A DNA stretch of 52,722 nucleotides from an uncultured Bdellovibrionales bacterium (GCA_964438025.1 CAYTIK010000003.1:7433-60154), one strand, 5' to 3'; positions 42,460 to 50,777 are shown, numbered from the stretch's first letter. The notes: generated by a model not told the origin, from the letters alone. Numbers and translations are program-made.

Positions 42460-42489
42460 ATTTTTAAAAATTAAAATTAAAACAAAATT

Positions 42490-42651
42490 ATGCTCACAGA
42501 AATAGAAAAACATAAACAAACCAGGAAAAAATTTCAAGATAAAATGGCTTCTTTGAGAAAAAGAAGAATTGAAATTTTAGCCAATATTTCTAAAAAATTT
42601 GATCAACAGCAGCTAGAGTCTTTAAGAAAAAAATTGAAAGATTATGATTGA
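42490..42651 (+). CDS. 53-aa Lys/Glu-rich helical small protein (hypothetical)
   Basis: It is not in the track. The translation is MLTEIEKHKQTRKKFQDKMASLRKRRIEILANISKKFDQQQLESLRKKLKDYD. Its stop overlaps the next ORF by 8 nt. Confidence 0.4.
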   Translation: MLTEIEKHKQTRKKFQDKMASLRKRRIEILANISKKFDQQQLESLRKKLKDYD

Positions 42652-43867
42652 AAATCAATCGAAAATTGAAACTCCAAAAAAGTCTGAAGCACTAGAGATT
42701 AAGGAAGTTTTGCATAATGTTGAATCGTCTGAAGAATCTTGTCAGCAAATAACGAGCGAATCAGAAAAAGAAACAGATCAGTTTAAGAAAGATGGAGCAG
42801 ATGATCTTGCGCAAGTTGAAAATAGAGCCAGTAAAAATGAATTGTCAGTTGATAATGCAGACAAGGATGCATTACTTGATTTGGATAAGGAAGCAGAAAC
42901 GGCACAAGCCGAATTATCATCGGAAATCAATCTTTCGTCACTTCTAGATCGAGAAAAATCAGAAGCTCCTGATATTAATTTTCCGTCGCCATCTCCCGAA
43001 GAATATCATACTACGCCTACACTGCCAGATAAAACGGAAAATAAAGTGACTTCGCCTCCAATTAAAGAAGTACGGAGTAATTTGTCTGTTGAAAATAAAT
43101 CTTCGATAGAATTAAAAAATGATTCAATGTTTGCAGAAAAAGAATTAGAGCAGGATTTTCTAACCAGCAGAGAACAAATACCAGAAGAAGAAAATCTGGG
43201 TAGAATAGCGGAAAAATTTTTTCCTGCAGACGAAACAAAAGAAAGAAGCGTAAAAATTTTAAATCATTTCCAAAACGGAACACTACTTGCTCATACTGCA
43301 AATATAGAGCAGATTGATTCGCTTTTAGATGTATTTAATCGTGAGAGAGAGATTAAAAATCTTTCGACATCATTGATTGCTGAAGGTGGCTATAATGCTC
43401 TTTATGGAGCGAGAGGAACGGGATTATTATTTGACGGTGAGAAAGTAAATCTTGAGCATATTTCAAAAGAAGATAGTAGCTCAAGTGGGCAAAGCAATGA
43501 ATTCCATGCATCTAATCATGCTAAGGTCGAATCATTAAAAGAACTTGCAGATTACCTTAAATCATCAGAGGCAACTAGCATTAGTGAAGTGAATATAAGC
43601 CTTGATTCACCCAAGGAGTTATTAGGTATTTTAAGCAGAAATTCTGTTAGTGGCAAACTAGATGCAGTAATAATGCATATCAAAATGGGAGGTAGATTGC
43701 CACTTTTTGTTTTGGTAGAAAAAACCGGAACTCAAAATAAAAACGGTAATTTAATTAATATTGAAGAATGGAAACCATCAAGAAACGAAGTGGCTCAGCT
43801 TATTGAAAAATATCCCGTAAAAAGAGCACGCGCAAGATATGAAAAAATTCTAAAATATATACAATAA
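42644..43867 (+). CDS. 407-aa ORFan with an acidic disordered N-terminal half
   Basis: No recognisable motif was seen. The N-terminal roughly 190 aa are E/S/D-rich, and the gene looks AT-rich. Confidence 0.5.
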   Translation: MIENQSKIETPKKSEALEIKEVLHNVESSEESCQQITSESEKETDQFKKDGADDLAQVENRASKNELSVDNADKDALLDLDKEAETAQAELSSEINLSSLLDREKSEAPDINFPSPSPEEYHTTPTLPDKTENKVTSPPIKEVRSNLSVENKSSIELKNDSMFAEKELEQDFLTSREQIPEEENLGRIAEKFFPADETKERSVKILNHFQNGTLLAHTANIEQIDSLLDVFNREREIKNLSTSLIAEGGYNALYGARGTGLLFDGEKVNLEHISKEDSSSSGQSNEFHASNHAKVESLKELADYLKSSEATSISEVNISLDSPKELLGILSRNSVSGKLDAVIMHIKMGGRLPLFVLVEKTGTQNKNGNLINIEEWKPSRNEVAQLIEKYPVKRARARYEKILKYIQ

Positions 43868-44003
43868 GTTTATTTTAAATGTAAGAATCTCTGTAAGGCA
43901 ATCCTAAATACTCATGACTGTTTTTATATCCAATAAATATTTTCTAAGGATTCTTTTTAAAAACCAAAAATAAAATCATCGGCTTAAAGTTTTTAGATAT
44001 TTT

Positions 44004-44378
44004 TTACTTTTTCCACAAACCGTGGATGTTGCAATAAGCGCGGACTTGAAAGTCGGTGGCGGATAGTTCAAATTCCACTTCCGGTGCATTGCCGGGTTTC
44101 AGAAATTTTCGCAAACACTCATTGGTGGTTTCAATTTCGATCCATTCGATAAAATGCTTCTCTTCCATCGGGTGAGGAATGGAGCCAATTTCGACAGTCA
44201 CTTTTTGACCATCAACTTCCACGACCGGCAAATGTTTTTCTTGCCCCTCGTCTTGGCTTTTTTCCGTCATTTTTTCCATCGGTTGGCCGCAGCAGACCAA
44301 CTCACCTACTCCCGCGTGGAGCACTTCCACGATATTGCCGCAGAAATTACATTTGTAAACTTCCTTTTTTTGCGTCAT
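44004..44378 (-). CDS. dfx: Desulfoferrodoxin (superoxide reductase)
   Basis: The N-terminal desulforedoxin motif is CNFCGN...CCGQPM. The C-terminal SOR domain has HPMEEKHFIEWIE and CNIHGLW. Confidence 0.85.
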   Translation of the reverse strand: MTQKKEVYKCNFCGNIVEVLHAGVGELVCCGQPMEKMTEKSQDEGQEKHLPVVEVDGQKVTVEIGSIPHPMEEKHFIEWIEIETTNECLRKFLKPGNAPEVEFELSATDFQVRAYCNIHGLWKK

Positions 44379-44406
44379 AAATTTTCTTTTAATTGATTAT
44401 GACTCT

Positions 44407-44415
44407 ATTATAGCA
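44407..44415 (-). promoter_or_regulatory. Extended -10 element TGCTATAAT upstream of dfx
   Basis: The plus strand reads attatagca. It lies 28 nt from the dfx ATG. Confidence 0.45.
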
Positions 44416-44428
44416 AAAAAAATGCTTT

Positions 44429-44458
44429 ACCCCCATACCAATGTATTGGTGTGGGGGT
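44429..44458. promoter_or_regulatory. 30-nt near-perfect palindrome over the predicted -35 region of dfx (candidate operator)
   Basis: ACCCCCATACCAAT-gt-ATTGGTGTGGGGGT forms 14 bp with one T-G pair. It lies in the dfx / DUF4446 divergent spacer. Confidence 0.4.
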
Positions 44459-44522
44459 TTACATAAGTAAGGATAAATGCTAGGCTCAAATAAGCATTAG
44501 AATTAAAAAAAAGCTATTTTAT

Positions 44523-45026
44523 ATGTCAGACGTTTTAAATTTTTTGGGAAACAATTGGGCGCTAATTCTAGCTTTTATTTTAATTTTGAGTGAAGTCATT
44601 TGGATAATTATCTTGCAAGTTAGTTTGAGAAAAATAAAGAAAAATCAAGCTTCTATTGGCGGAGGCAGTAAAAGCTTGGAAGAAACGGTTATTGAGCAAG
44701 CGAAAAATCTCAAGGTTTTGGATAAAGATATCCACGAATTGTATAATATTTCCAATCAAATAAATGCTTTAGCGCTCCGCAGTTTGCATAAAGTCGGCAT
44801 GGTGCGGTTCAACCCCTTTAACGATATGGGCGGAGATCAGAGTTTTGCCCTGGCCTTGCTGAATGGTAAAAATAACGGACTAGTAATTTCTTCGCTCTAT
44901 ACCAAAGAAGGCACGCGAGTTTTTTCTAAGGCGGTAAAAGAAGGAAGAGCGGAAAAACATCCACTGACAGAGGAAGAGGAAGCGGCCATAAAAATTGCTC
45001 TGGCCAAAGAAGAGAGAAAGGTTTAA
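44523..45026 (+). CDS. DUF4446-like protein
   Basis: An N-terminal TM segment is followed by MVRFNPFNDMGGDQSFALALLNGKNNGLVISSLY. Confidence 0.55.
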   Translation: MSDVLNFLGNNWALILAFILILSEVIWIIILQVSLRKIKKNQASIGGGSKSLEETVIEQAKNLKVLDKDIHELYNISNQINALALRSLHKVGMVRFNPFNDMGGDQSFALALLNGKNNGLVISSLYTKEGTRVFSKAVKEGRAEKHPLTEEEEAAIKIALAKEERKV

Positions 45027-45044
45027 ATTTTATAAAGTTTTTTA

Positions 45045-46820
45045 ATGGAACCAACACCCAAGAAAATTGTCAAAGTCCCAGCCAAGATATCAGTCAAAAA
45101 ACTGAGCGAGGTTTTAGGCTTGCCTATTGGGACAGTCATTGGGGAATTGATGAAAAATGGCATTCTGGCTACAATTAATGAGCAAATTGATTTTGAAACC
45201 GCGGCCATTATCGCTCAATATTTAGGCTTTGAAGTTGAGGAAGAAATTCTGGCCAAGGGTGAAGCGATGACCTTGGAAAAACTTTTAGAAATTTTGAAAA
45301 AAGAAAAAGAAACAGGAGAAAACTTGCAATCGCGGCCGCCGGTGGTAACTATTCTGGGCCACGTGGATCATGGCAAGACCACGCTTTTGGATAACATCCG
45401 CAAGACCAACCTGGTGGCCAAAGAATCCGGCGGAATTACGCAGCATATCAATGCTTATCAAGTTAAAAAGAAGGGTAAATTAATTACTTTTGTAGATACG
45501 CCTGGACATGAAGCCTTTAGCGCGATGCGGGAGCGCGGAGTCAGTTTGGCAGATATTGCTATTCTAGTCGTTGCCGCCGACGATGGCGTCCGTCCGCAGA
45601 CCAAGGAAGTTATTGAATATCTTTTGGAGAAAAAGATTCCCACGATTGTGGCCATTAATAAAATTGATAAACCGGAAGCGAATATTCCCCGGGTGAAAGA
45701 AGAATTGGGAAAAAATGGCATTATGGTGGAAGAATGGGGCGGACAGGTCTTGTGTTCCGAAGTCAGCGCCAAAAACAGTCTGGGCATGGATGGACTCTTA
45801 GAAAATATTTTGCTGTTAATGGAAGTGGAAGATTTTAAAGCGGATTATAAGAGGGAGGCTCTGGGTATAGTTTTGGAATCTCATTTGGACGCACAAAAAG
45901 GTGCGGTCGCGACGATTTTAGTTAAAACTGGAATTTTAAAAGAAGGCCAGGACATTGTGGTTGGCTCAACTTTTGGCCGAGTCAGGCGCTTGGAAGACTG
46001 GTCAGGAAAAAGGCTTAAAGAAGCCGGACCATCTACGCCGGTAAGCCTGTTTGGTTTAAGCGCGACTTGTCAGACGGATGATGTTTTACAAGCTGTCTCT
46101 AGCCGGATTATTGCTAAAACCAAATCAGATCAAAGTTCTGATGCCCAAGACTCAGCGAAAACAGGTCAAATGCAAAGAAGCCACAAGAGAATTTTGGATG
46201 AAAAAGTCAAAAGACTGCCGGTTATTCTCAAGGCAGATGTACAAGGCTCTATCGAAGCTATCGAACAGATCCTTAATGAAATAAAATCGGACGAAGTGGC
46301 GATTGATTATATTTATCTGGGCATTGGCAACGCGACGGAATCGGATGTGCGTCTGGCGCAAGCTTCCAAGGCGATTTTGTTGGGCTTTAACGTAGAAATT
46401 ACGCCCGTCGCTAAAAGAATGGCTGAAGCGAGCAAGGTGGAAGTAAAAAATTATAAGATAATTTATGAGTTGATTGAAGAAATTAAAAAACGCTTATCGC
46501 AAATGTTACCCCCGCTTAGCGAAAGGACGGATTTTGGCAAATTGAAAGTTTTAGCTATTTTCAAAAACGGCAAAAAAGATATGATTGTCGGAGGTAAAGT
46601 AATTTCCGGTAAAATGATTAATAGCTCCCAAGTAGAAGTTGTAAGAGGTGAAAATATTATCGGTTATGGTCAGCTGGCTAATTTACAGCAGAATAAGGTT
46701 GATACCAATGAGGTGGAAGAAAATCAAGAATGTGGGATTACTTTCTTGGGTGAGACTAAGATCAAAGAAGGCGATATTTTACATTCCTACAAGGAAGAAA
46801 TTAAATTGAGAAAATTATAA
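45045..46820 (+). CDS. infB: Translation initiation factor IF-2
   Basis: The G-domain motifs are GHVDHGKTTLLD, DTPGHEAF and NKID. It is 591 aa and is followed by rbfA. Confidence 0.93.
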   Translation: MEPTPKKIVKVPAKISVKKLSEVLGLPIGTVIGELMKNGILATINEQIDFETAAIIAQYLGFEVEEEILAKGEAMTLEKLLEILKKEKETGENLQSRPPVVTILGHVDHGKTTLLDNIRKTNLVAKESGGITQHINAYQVKKKGKLITFVDTPGHEAFSAMRERGVSLADIAILVVAADDGVRPQTKEVIEYLLEKKIPTIVAINKIDKPEANIPRVKEELGKNGIMVEEWGGQVLCSEVSAKNSLGMDGLLENILLLMEVEDFKADYKREALGIVLESHLDAQKGAVATILVKTGILKEGQDIVVGSTFGRVRRLEDWSGKRLKEAGPSTPVSLFGLSATCQTDDVLQAVSSRIIAKTKSDQSSDAQDSAKTGQMQRSHKRILDEKVKRLPVILKADVQGSIEAIEQILNEIKSDEVAIDYIYLGIGNATESDVRLAQASKAILLGFNVEITPVAKRMAEASKVEVKNYKIIYELIEEIKKRLSQMLPPLSERTDFGKLKVLAIFKNGKKDMIVGGKVISGKMINSSQVEVVRGENIIGYGQLANLQQNKVDTNEVEENQECGITFLGETKIKEGDILHSYKEEIKLRKL

Positions 46821-46821
46821 A

Positions 46822-47154
46822 ATGTCGGAAGAACGAGCGGAAAAATTAAGCGCAGCGGTCCAGCGAGATATCAATGAAATTTTGCTTCGGGAGTTTAGTT
46901 TCAAGCCCGGAGTTTTTATCACTATTTCTCGAGTTGACACCAGCTCGGATCTTCGCTATACTCACCTATTCTTGAGTATTTTCCCGGAGAAAGAAACGCA
47001 GTATGTTCTGCAGAGCCTCAAGAAAGAAATTTATAAAATCCAAGGCTTGCTCAATAAAAAATTAAAAATGCGGCCGTTGCCTAAGATAGTTTTTAAGCTG
47101 GACACTTCAGAAATTGAAGCGGAAAAGATTGAAAAACTTTTGCAGGAGAATTAA
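46822..47154 (+). CDS. rbfA: Ribosome-binding factor A
   Basis: It is 110 aa with the region RAEKLSAAVQRDINEILL. The infB-rbfA synteny supports the call. Confidence 0.85.
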   Translation: MSEERAEKLSAAVQRDINEILLREFSFKPGVFITISRVDTSSDLRYTHLFLSIFPEKETQYVLQSLKKEIYKIQGLLNKKLKMRPLPKIVFKLDTSEIEAEKIEKLLQEN

Positions 47155-47156
47155 AA

Positions 47157-48152
47157 ATGCGGCTAAAAGGCTCGCATTTTTTTAAGGCTTTTATGGAAAA
47201 ATTTTTAAAAGAATTTAATACTTTAGGTTATGTCATTAAAGAAGCGGATAAGATTCTACTTTTTGCCCATTCTCGACCGGATGGAGATACGGTCGGTTCA
47301 GTTTTAGCGCTTAAGGAATATTTTACAACTCTTGGCAAAGAAGCCGTTATCGCCTGTTTTGATCCTATGCCGGAATATTTAAATCTTTTAACCAAGGAAA
47401 CTTTTAGTTTTCCTGGCCAGTTAAATTTAGGAGAATTTAAACTGATTATTGCCTGCGACAGTGTGGAGAGAGGCTTTAAAGAGATTAAAAAACAATTGCG
47501 GGAAAATCAGGTGGTGGCGCTCCTGGATCATCATCCGGATATTTCTCTTAAAGGAGACATCAACATTATCGATGCGGAATATTCTTCGGTTTGTGAAATT
47601 GTCTTTGATTTCTTTTCTCTAAATCGAGTAGAAATCAGTAAAAAAATCGCCAATTGTTTGCTTTTAGGTATCGTGGGTGATACGGGAATCTTCCAGCATT
47701 CCAATACCACGCCGAAAATAATGCAAACGGCTTCAGAACTCATGAAAAAAGGTGCTTCTCTTTCCAAATTAGTGGAGGCGGTTTTTGTCAATAAAAAAAT
47801 ATCCACGCTCAAGCTCTGGGGCCGGGCTTTTGAAAAGGCCAAGCTTAATCCGGAAAACGGCATGATTACTTCCGTACTGACAATTAAAGATTTGGCAGAA
47901 TGCGAAGCCTCTCTGGAAGATATTAATCAAGTGGCGGGAATTTTAGATACCGTTCCGGGAGCCAAATTTGCTCTGGTATTATCCGAAAGGGAGGGCGGCA
48001 TAGTTAAGGGTAGCTTAAGGAGTGAAGAATATAAAGGGGTGGATGTTTCCAAAATTGCGGCGGAGTTCGGCGGCGGCGGACATAAGTTAGCCTCGGGATT
48101 TGAGGTTAAAGGTCGGATAGTGGAGGTGGAAAATGGGTGGAAAATAGTATAA
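47157..48152 (+). CDS. nrnA: DHH/DHHA1 phosphoesterase (NrnA-like)
   Basis: It has HSRPDGDTVGS, DHH and GGGGHKLASG motifs. The likely start is M13 (MEKFLKEF). Confidence 0.75.
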   Translation: MRLKGSHFFKAFMEKFLKEFNTLGYVIKEADKILLFAHSRPDGDTVGSVLALKEYFTTLGKEAVIACFDPMPEYLNLLTKETFSFPGQLNLGEFKLIIACDSVERGFKEIKKQLRENQVVALLDHHPDISLKGDINIIDAEYSSVCEIVFDFFSLNRVEISKKIANCLLLGIVGDTGIFQHSNTTPKIMQTASELMKKGASLSKLVEAVFVNKKISTLKLWGRAFEKAKLNPENGMITSVLTIKDLAECEASLEDINQVAGILDTVPGAKFALVLSEREGGIVKGSLRSEEYKGVDVSKIAAEFGGGGHKLASGFEVKGRIVEVENGWKIV

Positions 48153-48153
48153 T

Positions 48154-48183
48154 CATGGAACATAAAACATAAAACATAAAACA
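48154..48183. repeat. Heptad repeat (CATAAAA) x3-4; left arm of an imperfect long-range inverted repeat
   Basis: The sequence is CATGGAACATAAAACATAAAACATAAAACA. Positions 48155-48178 match the reverse complement of 48281-48304 at 20/24 positions. Confidence 0.55.
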
Positions 48184-48222
48184 GATATTGGATATTTTTT
48201 GTTTATAACTTCCAAGAATATT

Positions 48223-48231
48223 TGCTATACT
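48223..48231 (+). promoter_or_regulatory. Extended -10-like element TGCTATACT upstream of nfo
   Basis: It belongs to the same 9-mer family as the other predicted promoters. It lies 78 nt upstream of the ATG at 48310. Confidence 0.4.
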
Positions 48232-48270
48232 TAGTAGCAAGAATTAAAAAATTTCATGGAGTAGGTCATC

Positions 48271-49137
48271 TTGGTTGTTACATGTTCCATGTTTTATGTT
48301 TCATGCTTTATGAACATCGGTTGTCAGGTCTCCATTGCTGGCGGAATCCAGAATGCTCCCCAAAGAGCCAGTGAACTTGGCTGTGAGTGCTTTCAAATGT
48401 TTACTCGCTCTCCTCAGGGCGGCAAAGCGTCAACTCTCACGCCGGAAATTTGTGAGGAATTTAAAATTTTAAATTTGAAATTTAAAATTAAAGCAGTTTA
48501 TATCCATACGCCATACTATATCAATTTCGCTTCGGTCAATAATCGTATCCGCTACGGCTCGATGAGCGTAGTGCGCGATGAATTGGAAAGAGGTAGCCTC
48601 TTGGGCGCTAAATATGTGATAACCCATTTGGGAACAGCCAAAGATTTGGGCGAAGAAGAAGCCAAAGCCAAAACCGTTGAGATGCTGAAAAAAACCTTGG
48701 CGAGCTATAAGGGAAAAACCCGCTTGCTTTTGGAAAACAGCGCCGGTGCTGGTGCGATTATTGGCGATGATTTGAAAGAATTAAAGGAAATAATTCGAGG
48801 CGTGGATAATCCTAAAATTGTCGGTATCTGTCTAGATACGCAACACAGCTTTGCTTCCGGCTACAATTGGAATGATTTTTCTCCTACCTTAAAAAGAATA
48901 TCCAACGAATTAGGTTTGGGCTTGATTAAATTAATCCATATCAATGACAGCCAGAGCGAATGTGGTTCTAATAAAGATCGCCATGAACATCTTGGCAAAG
49001 GGAAAATAAATCTGGAAGCTTTTGCCAAAATCGTAGAATTCGCGCCCCAAAATGGCGTCGATTTGATTTTGGAAACCGAACATGATGAAGTCAAGGAAGA
49101 CATTGCGCTTTTGAAAGAATTGCGGACTAAAAATTAA
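48271..49137 (+). CDS. nfo: Endonuclease IV (AP endonuclease family 2)
   Basis: It reads IGCQVSIAGG...IHTPYYINFAS...ITHLG...HINDS. The likely start is the ATG at 48310, because the track start is a TTG. Confidence 0.85.
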   Translation: MVVTCSMFYVSCFMNIGCQVSIAGGIQNAPQRASELGCECFQMFTRSPQGGKASTLTPEICEEFKILNLKFKIKAVYIHTPYYINFASVNNRIRYGSMSVVRDELERGSLLGAKYVITHLGTAKDLGEEEAKAKTVEMLKKTLASYKGKTRLLLENSAGAGAIIGDDLKELKEIIRGVDNPKIVGICLDTQHSFASGYNWNDFSPTLKRISNELGLGLIKLIHINDSQSECGSNKDRHEHLGKGKINLEAFAKIVEFAPQNGVDLILETEHDEVKEDIALLKELRTKN

Positions 49138-49148
49138 GGGGAAAATTT

Positions 49149-49655
49149 ATGCAAATTGCGATTATTTCCGACAGCCATGATAATATTCCGAATCTCAAGA
49201 AGGTTTTGAGTTATTGTACGTTGAATAAAATCGAAGGAATAATCTGCTGTGGAGATTTGGCATCTTTGGAAACTCTGGATTTTTTGAATGATAATTTTCA
49301 GGGCGAAATTTTCTTTACTTTTGGCAATATGGATAATGATTTTTTAAAAAATTATCCTTTTGAAAATAATCAATACAAGAAAACTAAAATATTCAAAAAT
49401 TTTGGAGAAGCTGAATTTGAGGGTAAGAGTATAGCTTTTATTCATTTTCCTAAAGAGGCCGAAGAGTTATGTCAAACTGAAAAATATAATTTTGTTTTTT
49501 ATGGTCATACGCACAAACCCTTCGAGGAGACTGTAAATGATTGTAAGATGCTAAATCCAGGGAACGTGGCCAACCAGTTTTATCCGCCGACTTTTGCGGT
49601 CTGGGAGACGGAAGAGGATAAATTTAGCTTGATAAGAATAAATGATCTGAAATAA
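49149..49655 (+). CDS. YfcE/MJ0936-type metallophosphoesterase
   Basis: It has the motifs IAIISDSHDN, CGDL, GNMD and YGHTH. Confidence 0.75.
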   Translation: MQIAIISDSHDNIPNLKKVLSYCTLNKIEGIICCGDLASLETLDFLNDNFQGEIFFTFGNMDNDFLKNYPFENNQYKKTKIFKNFGEAEFEGKSIAFIHFPKEAEELCQTEKYNFVFYGHTHKPFEETVNDCKMLNPGNVANQFYPPTFAVWETEEDKFSLIRINDLK

Positions 49656-49684
49656 TTTTAAATTTTAAGTTTTAAATTTTAAAT
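49655..49684. repeat. Heptad microsatellite (TTTTAAN) x4
   Basis: TTTTA starts at 49656, 49663, 49670 and 49677. Confidence 0.55.
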
Positions 49685-49773
49685 CAATTTCAAATTACTA
49701 AATTAATAAATTTTTAAAATTTGATCATTAAGATTTCATTTTAAATTTAAAATTTGTAATTTAAAATTTCCAG

Positions 49774-50367
49774 ATGTCTAAACAAGAACAATTAAATAAT
49801 CTTAACGTAGAAATGAAGGCTTGTAATAAATGTGCTTTGCGCAAATATTGTATTCAAGTTGTCCCGGGAGATGGCAGCGCCCAGGCGCAGATTATGTTTA
49901 TTGGCGAAGGGCCGGGAAAAAAGGAAGATGAGTTGGGCAAGCCTTTCGTGGGCGCGGCGGGAAAATTTTTGGATGAGATGCTAGCCATAATAAATTTGAA
50001 GCGGGAAGACGTTTACATCGTCAATACGGTCAAATGCCGTCCGCCGGAAAATAGAGATCCCCTTCCGGAAGAAAAGGAAACCTGCTGGCCTTGGCTCTTG
50101 GAACAGGTAAAGATTATCCAACCGAAATTGATTGTGACGTTGGGCAAGCACAGCATGGAAATATTTTTGCCAACTTTTAAAATATCACAAATCCATGGTC
50201 AGGCGCTGCGGAGGGAAATTCCCGAAATTGGCAAACAAATATTTTTCGCGCTCTATCACCCGGCCGCCGCTTTATATAACGGCAGTATGCGGGAAGTTTT
50301 AATTAAAGACTTTAAAAAAATTCCGAAAGTTTTAGATTTGATTGAAAAAGAGGAAAATAAAAAATAA
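49774..50367 (+). CDS. Family 4 uracil-DNA glycosylase
   Basis: It has an Fe-S Cys pattern CNKCALRKYC and the segment FIGEGPGKKEDELGKPFVGAAGKFLD. Confidence 0.85.
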   Translation: MSKQEQLNNLNVEMKACNKCALRKYCIQVVPGDGSAQAQIMFIGEGPGKKEDELGKPFVGAAGKFLDEMLAIINLKREDVYIVNTVKCRPPENRDPLPEEKETCWPWLLEQVKIIQPKLIVTLGKHSMEIFLPTFKISQIHGQALRREIPEIGKQIFFALYHPAAALYNGSMREVLIKDFKKIPKVLDLIEKEENKK

Positions 50368-50400
50368 AAAAGAAAAGACTCGGAGATTTCTCCCCGAGTC
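50362..50400 (-). terminator. Minus-strand rho-independent terminator, overlapping the UDG stop
   Basis: On the minus strand, GACTCGGGGA-gaaa-TCTCCGAGTC is followed by TTTTCTTTTTTATTTTTT. Confidence 0.55.
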
Positions 50401-50406
50401 GAGTTT

Positions 50407-50426
50407 GCCGCTAGGCGGCTTTTTTT
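50407..50426 (+). terminator. Plus-strand rho-independent terminator for the UDG gene
   Basis: GCCGC-tag-GCGGC is followed by TTTTTTT. Confidence 0.6.
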
Positions 50427-50585
50427 AGTGCATAATTTTTGCGTTCCGGACCACAATGTCCCCACTCCGCCCTGGCATTACGGACTCTATCGATGATAGG
50501 TATGCCGTTAGGGGTTGTTCCCTGGGCTGTGCAATTACCTTCCTACCATTTAGGGAAAAGGGAAGTGTCTAAATGGACGCATTTT

Positions 50586-50741
50586 TCACAACTTTCGATC
50601 AGATCGATTTCCAATAGATTCACCTCCTTTTTCTTTTTTTGGCCTGCGCTTGCCAGTGAGTCGCCATTCATCAGCGAATGGACAGTAGTGATATTTAGGA
50701 ATTATTACACCTTCTTTTTTAAGGTTCAGATTTTCTTTCAT
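50586..50741 (-). CDS. 51-codon ORF with a strong Shine-Dalgarno sequence (hypothetical)
   Basis: AAAGGAGGATGAAAA precedes the ATG at 50741. The translation is MKENLNLKKEGVIIPKYHYCPFADEWRLTGKRRPKKEKGGESIGNRSDRKL. It is not in the track because it is shorter than 60 aa. Confidence 0.3.
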   Translation of the reverse strand: MKENLNLKKEGVIIPKYHYCPFADEWRLTGKRRPKKEKGGESIGNRSDRKL

Positions 50742-50777
50742 TTTTCATCCTCCTTTTTGTATTTGAATTTTTTTGGG

